64,000 nucleotides of DNA from the human T2T-CHM13v2.0 reference genome, Homo sapiens, in the NCBI RefSeq assembly GCF_009914755.1, contig NC_060927.1. One strand, given 5' to 3'. Shown piece by piece: positions 58,901 to 64,000 of the stretch; position 1 is the stretch's first letter; each line of letters opens with the position of its first letter. Both the position numbers and the translations under genes were made by a program. Under the pieces are notes generated by a model, which saw only the letters and a list, made by a program, of their open reading frames with translations, was not told where the DNA came from and did not search any database.

Positions 58901-59816
58901 GGAGAGCACAAGTCATCTACATAGTCACAGAGATGGCTTCTAGAACATGTTGGCCACTGTAGGTGAGCTAACCACTACCCCATGCCATTCAGTGTTAGAA
59001 CCCAGGACTGCTGAACCTTAGGTGGATAACTGCTACACAATATGGAAATTAACATATAATTTACTTTTATGTTTAACCTGATTTCAGTGATCAGTCCTCA
59101 GTTGTAAACTAGCCTCCGTCACTTACTAGCTGTGTTAACTAGAGCCAGTTATTTAACTTTTCAACGTTACTTTCTCTATTTATGAAATGGGAAAATAGTT
59201 CCCACTTCACAGCGTGCCAGGATGACTAAAGAAATAATGTCCTTTATGGTGGATTTATCATAATGCTCACCAGACAATAAATGCTTCATAACTGATTCAT
59301 TATTTTGATAGAAGGTATTGGATGTAGAGGGAAAATACTATCAGAGATGAGGAGTGTATGACATGGATAAATTAATTTACATCCTCTCCTGTCATATCCC
59401 CTAAATGATTATTTTGCAAAAGAGACTAAATCTGTGGAGTTTCTAGATTTTTCCCCCAAGACAATTCCCACAAATGGAATTGTCTCATTTCCATTTGTTT
59501 GCATTGTGTACTTTCACAAATATTCAGGAGTAAACTCTTAAGAATCTGGTAGGTATGTACTGCTCAAGCTTTATGCATCCTTTTTAAGTTAGACCGAACA
59601 GCTTATCTTTGTTCCACAGAATAGCATACAGTACATAGAGTGTTGACTATTACAGAGAAAGGCTCTAACTCTGCTTGAGAAGATTAAGACACCTCTGAAA
59701 AATGAACCCTTTGTCTAACCACAGACCAGGGAGAACACGGGCCTAGAAAATGACTCCTTCCTGCTGCCTTTGCTGTCGCTCTGAGGCCTGCCCGAAGGGC
59801 ACTGCCACTCACTTAC

Positions 59817-59873
59817 CGTCAAACACCTCTCTCAGCTCTGGAGCGGCACTGCCATATGACTGATAATTTTCTA
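59817..59873 (-). other. Candidate 57/54-nt exon (unverified)
   Basis: On the - strand: TCCACTTTTCTTTTCAACAG|TAG|AAA...GACG|GTAAGT. One frame is open (ENYQSYGSAAPELREVFD). Confidence 0.25.
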
Positions 59874-61616
59874 CTGTTGAAAAGAAAAGTGGACTGTCCC
59901 ACAGCTCTGTGCTGTCCGTCTTGTGGGAAAACCTACCAGGAGAGGTTCCCATTATTTACTTGCAGCCAATATAGAAGGAGTACAAAGAGTCGTAGAATTT
60001 CATTTCAGACCCTTTTTTATTTTTTTTTCTTGGATTTCAAAACAATCATAATGAAGATTTCTAAGATTTTGGAAGGGCCTTAAATAGGAAGCACTATTTC
60101 TGCTGCCTGGGAACACTGTAGATGGTGCGTGGTGTGAGAGTGCATGCCTCAGACCTTCTCTGTGGCACTATTAAAATAAACATGTACCGTCTTGTTAAAT
60201 CACAGGTGATTTAGATTTCAAGTTGCTGACAGTTTGCTTGGAACTCCTATTTAATCCTCACATTTATCCGAAAGCTCAACTTATTTCACGTTCTTTCACT
60301 GGGCTTGAGCTCTGTCATGTTATGACCTCAGAGATAACATGCCATAGTCTAAGATGTTTAGCTAATATGAAACTGTTTTAGCCTGTGGCTTTGCCTAAGG
60401 ATAAATGTGTGCCACCCTGGCCAACATGAAGGAGAAATTTGCAGTAGTAAGAGCTCGACAGTCTAATTAATTATTTAGAGGTTTCAAGGGGAAAAAGAAG
60501 CCTAGAGTCCCAGAGTTCCCATTTGCAATGTATTAAACAATCAGAATAATAATAAGAAACAGCAGAGAGAGACTGTCCTGGCTGTCTGGAATGTGTAGGA
60601 TGTAATTTGAAGGCCCAAATTAGAAGTAACCTAGGATCTTAAAGACAGTTTTAAGGCTGAAGGTTTCAGGAAGGCAAGTCCTTCTAGAATTGCAATAGTA
60701 TTTTTTCCTCCTTTTGTCTTTATTTTTGTATCTTGAAATGTCTGTAGAGCTTTACTTCCTTGCTTCTAAATTGCCTTCATGTATTAGAAGTCTTTGGCTG
60801 AGCATATAATTAGAGTCCAAATGTGAACACGAAGGAGAAAGGTGTCTAATAAAGTAAGTGGCAAATGTGAATTTATTAAAAGTAGGTCATGTCATACATT
60901 GTAATAGCCTTCTGTGGCATATCTCCTAAGTTAGGAAATAAAAGTAGTGAAAGATACTGAATGCTTAAGTTTGCAAAATGTGTTTGTTATAGTGCTACAT
61001 AATAGACGCCTATACATTAATTGGATAAATACCTGAAAGAAAACCTGGTCCTATGAAGCCAAGTAAGCATAATCAATAAATGTACAGCCTCAAAGTGGAA
61101 AGCTGCAAGAGGAGTCTCAAGGGGTCAGTATTAGCACATATTAAGTATTTTGTTAATAATATGCTCACATCTGTGGAATATATTTTCTGATACGAAAATC
61201 AAATTAGCCAGGAAACACACAGAAGGGCAGAGCAACCTGCAGAGTTAACAGTAGTGGGATGAAAGTCATAATGAATATAAACTAATATTAAGATAAAGAA
61301 TAAACAACAGGCAAATGCAACAGGAGAACCCAGTCTGGAAAAAAACAAATTGAGACACATGTCTGATACACACAGGTGTTTGCGGTTAATTTTGAACCGG
61401 TCTCATATATAAGAACAATTGCATGCATGGGAGAAATAACAAGAACTATAGATATCTATACATCATCGCCTAACAGAGTTTGCCATAGACTTTAGAGTAA
61501 GTGAATGATGAGTAGATGAACATAAAGGAATAAGAACAGATAATTGGTGAAAGAGGAAACACAAATGGCTAATCAACATTTCAATGTTTACACTCTGTGG
61601 TTATTAATATATTTAA

Positions 61617-61925
<309 letters not shown>

Positions 61926-62374
61926 TAAAGGCCTTTTTTTAATTAAAAATGAGCAAATAAAAAAATGACAATAGTAACAGCTAACACATGTATTTGTATA
62001 TGTCAGATATTGTACTATGTGACATAATATAATTTATTTCATAATCCCAACACTCTTAGGAGGCAAACACTGTAACAGCCTTTTACCGATGAGATAGGGA
62101 GCAGTGAGTGAGTAGTCCAAGGTCACACACTGTAATGGTGGAACTAGAATTTGAACTCAAGCATTCTGCCCCTGCATTTCTGCTCTAGTTTATTACATTT
62201 TACTAACCTGTCCAGCATTTCTGGGGCTTAAAAGGTGTGGGTTGCATTGTATATTTTAAATTCAAGGACAGTAAGCCATGTATTGGTTCTGATGTAGTTC
62301 AGTAAAAATTTGCTCAAGTATTTGATATGGGGGAGAGATTCACAAGTTTATGTCCATTTTCTATTGATGGAGAT

Positions 62375-62555
62375 CCATAGTTCTCAATGTGTGGTCCCCA
62401 CAACAGCAGAATGGCAATACCTGGGCTGCTACAATTGCAAATTCTCAGTCCCTAACCTAGATGTATTGAATCAGAAATTTGTGACTGGGACCCCTGCTGT
62501 GTTTCAACAATTCCTCTGGGTGAGTCTGGTACACTCTCAAGTTTGGGAATAACTG
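62375..62555. mobile_element. hAT-Charlie MER5A
   Basis: GTTCTCAATGTGTGGTCCCC...TGCAAATTCTCAG...TGAATCAGAAAT...AAGTTTGGGAATAACTG. Confidence 0.8.
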
Positions 62556-62954
62556 ATGTAGATAACACAAACTCTTTTCTAGTGGTAAATTAGCTCACCA
62601 CAAATTAAAGAAATTTATTCTTTATATTTCCTAAATTTATATACAAGATTCTAAGAGCAACTAATTGTGTTCCTGTGTCCAAAAACCCTATTCTCACCAA
62701 AATGTTTCCATTACTCTGGATCAAAAGACAAAGCCTCTTAACTTGATCTAAAATGCTTGGTTTTCTTATTGCCCTACCTTCCTCTCCCGTCTCACCTTGA
62801 ACTAGGCTCTCCTTTGCACTCTGATTTTCAGCCACAGGCCATTCAGTCCTTAATGGTCAAATCATTTCACTGCACAGGTGTTTTGTACATGGCTTTCCCA
62901 AATTTGTTAATCGTATTTTTTACTTCTCTACTGAACTCCAGTTCAGTCATTGAT

Positions 62955-63282
62955 TTTAATTTATTTATTTGTTTGTTTGTTTATTTATTTATTTATTTAT
63001 TTGAGACAGGGTCTCACTCTGCCACTCAGGCTGGAGTGTAGTGGTGTGATTTTGGCTCACTGCGACCTCTACCTCCAAGGTTCAAACAATCTTCCCACCT
63101 CAGACTCTCAAGAAGCTGGGACTATAGGTGTGCACCACCATGCTCAGTTGATTTTTTATTTTTGTAGAGACGAGGTTTCTCTATGTTGCCCAGGCTGGTC
63201 TCCAGCACTTGGGCTCAAGGGATCCTCCAACCTCGGCCTCCCAAAGTGCTTACATTAGAGGCTTAGGCCACTACACCCTGCC
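62955..63282 (-). mobile_element. AluJ-like, inserted in an L2 remnant
   Basis: GAGACAGGGTCTCACTCTG and CTATGTTGCCCAGGCTGG. Flanked by L2-like sequence at ~62690-62900 and ~63330-63510. Confidence 0.85.
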
Positions 63283-64000
63283 TAGTATTCATTTTCTTAG
63301 CAATCCTTCAGCAATTCTGTGATAAGCAAGTCCTTATTAATCTTGTGGCTGCAAGGATCTGTCTCTTAAAGCCTGTATTGCAGTTGCACTTTTATAATTA
63401 CTAAGATTAATACTGCCCATCTATCCTGCTTGGACTGTGATCTTCATTTAGTCAGGTACCCTAAGTAGCCTTTGATCATATGGTGATTCACTGAATAAGT
63501 GAATGCATACATTTCTCTCATTTCTTTAAAGTTCCAAGCATGGCATGGTTTTTCATGAATTAGAAAATTGATATTTTGTCTTTTCAAAAATCAGTTAAAG
63601 GGTTGTCTACTTAAAGAAACTCTTTCATTCTTTTGTTAAAATATGTGTACAGAACTGAGTGCATTATCCATGAAGCTGTTCAGCTTTTTAAATAGCAGTA
63701 CTAACACAACACAAGGCAATCCTTTTTCGAGTACCTTATTGAAAATCTAATGTAAACTCTGTACTCTCTTTTTCAAAAACATTTCCTACTCGGTATATAA
63801 TTTCATAGAAATCACAGACTTGCTGAAGTCCATGTAAATCCACTATTTTAGATAGTTTTATCCTATGATAATTCAATTTTGTCCTGTTTCAAATTGTGTT
63901 TTACTTACAGTTATTCATTTGGACAAAGGTGATGGTAATTCCTAAATTAATAATTAAAATATTTTTGTGATTATATACACTTTTTTACACATTAAAGATT

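Overview
This is AT-rich primate DNA, almost certainly human because it carries L1HS-Ta diagnostics. It is non-coding and looks like the inside of a very long intron or a gene desert; I recognise no cellular exon and did not identify the locus. The main feature is a full-length sense-strand L1HS of subfamily Ta-1d (32470-38522). It has open ORF1 (338 aa), ORF2 (1275 aa) and antisense ORF0 (71 aa), a 38-A tail and a perfect 18-bp TSD, and it is inserted in the tail of an older Alu. Against the consensus as I recall it, it carries substitutions at sensitive residues: ORF1 S287T and ORF2 F193L, D539A and P611H. The rest of the window holds a solo LTR12C with a collapsed CCAAT array, about 13 Alu/FLAM copies, MaLR LTRs, old L1/L2/MIR fragments, DNA-transposon fossils and microsatellites. 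The most interesting non-repeat signal is a textbook recursive-splice (ratchet) site on the + strand at 16871-16950: branch point, pyrimidine tract, AG|GTAAGC, then a 42-nt RS-exon and a second donor. An antisense bias of the repeats independently suggests a + strand host transcript. Repeat subfamily calls and consensus comparisons are from memory and need alignment to confirm.
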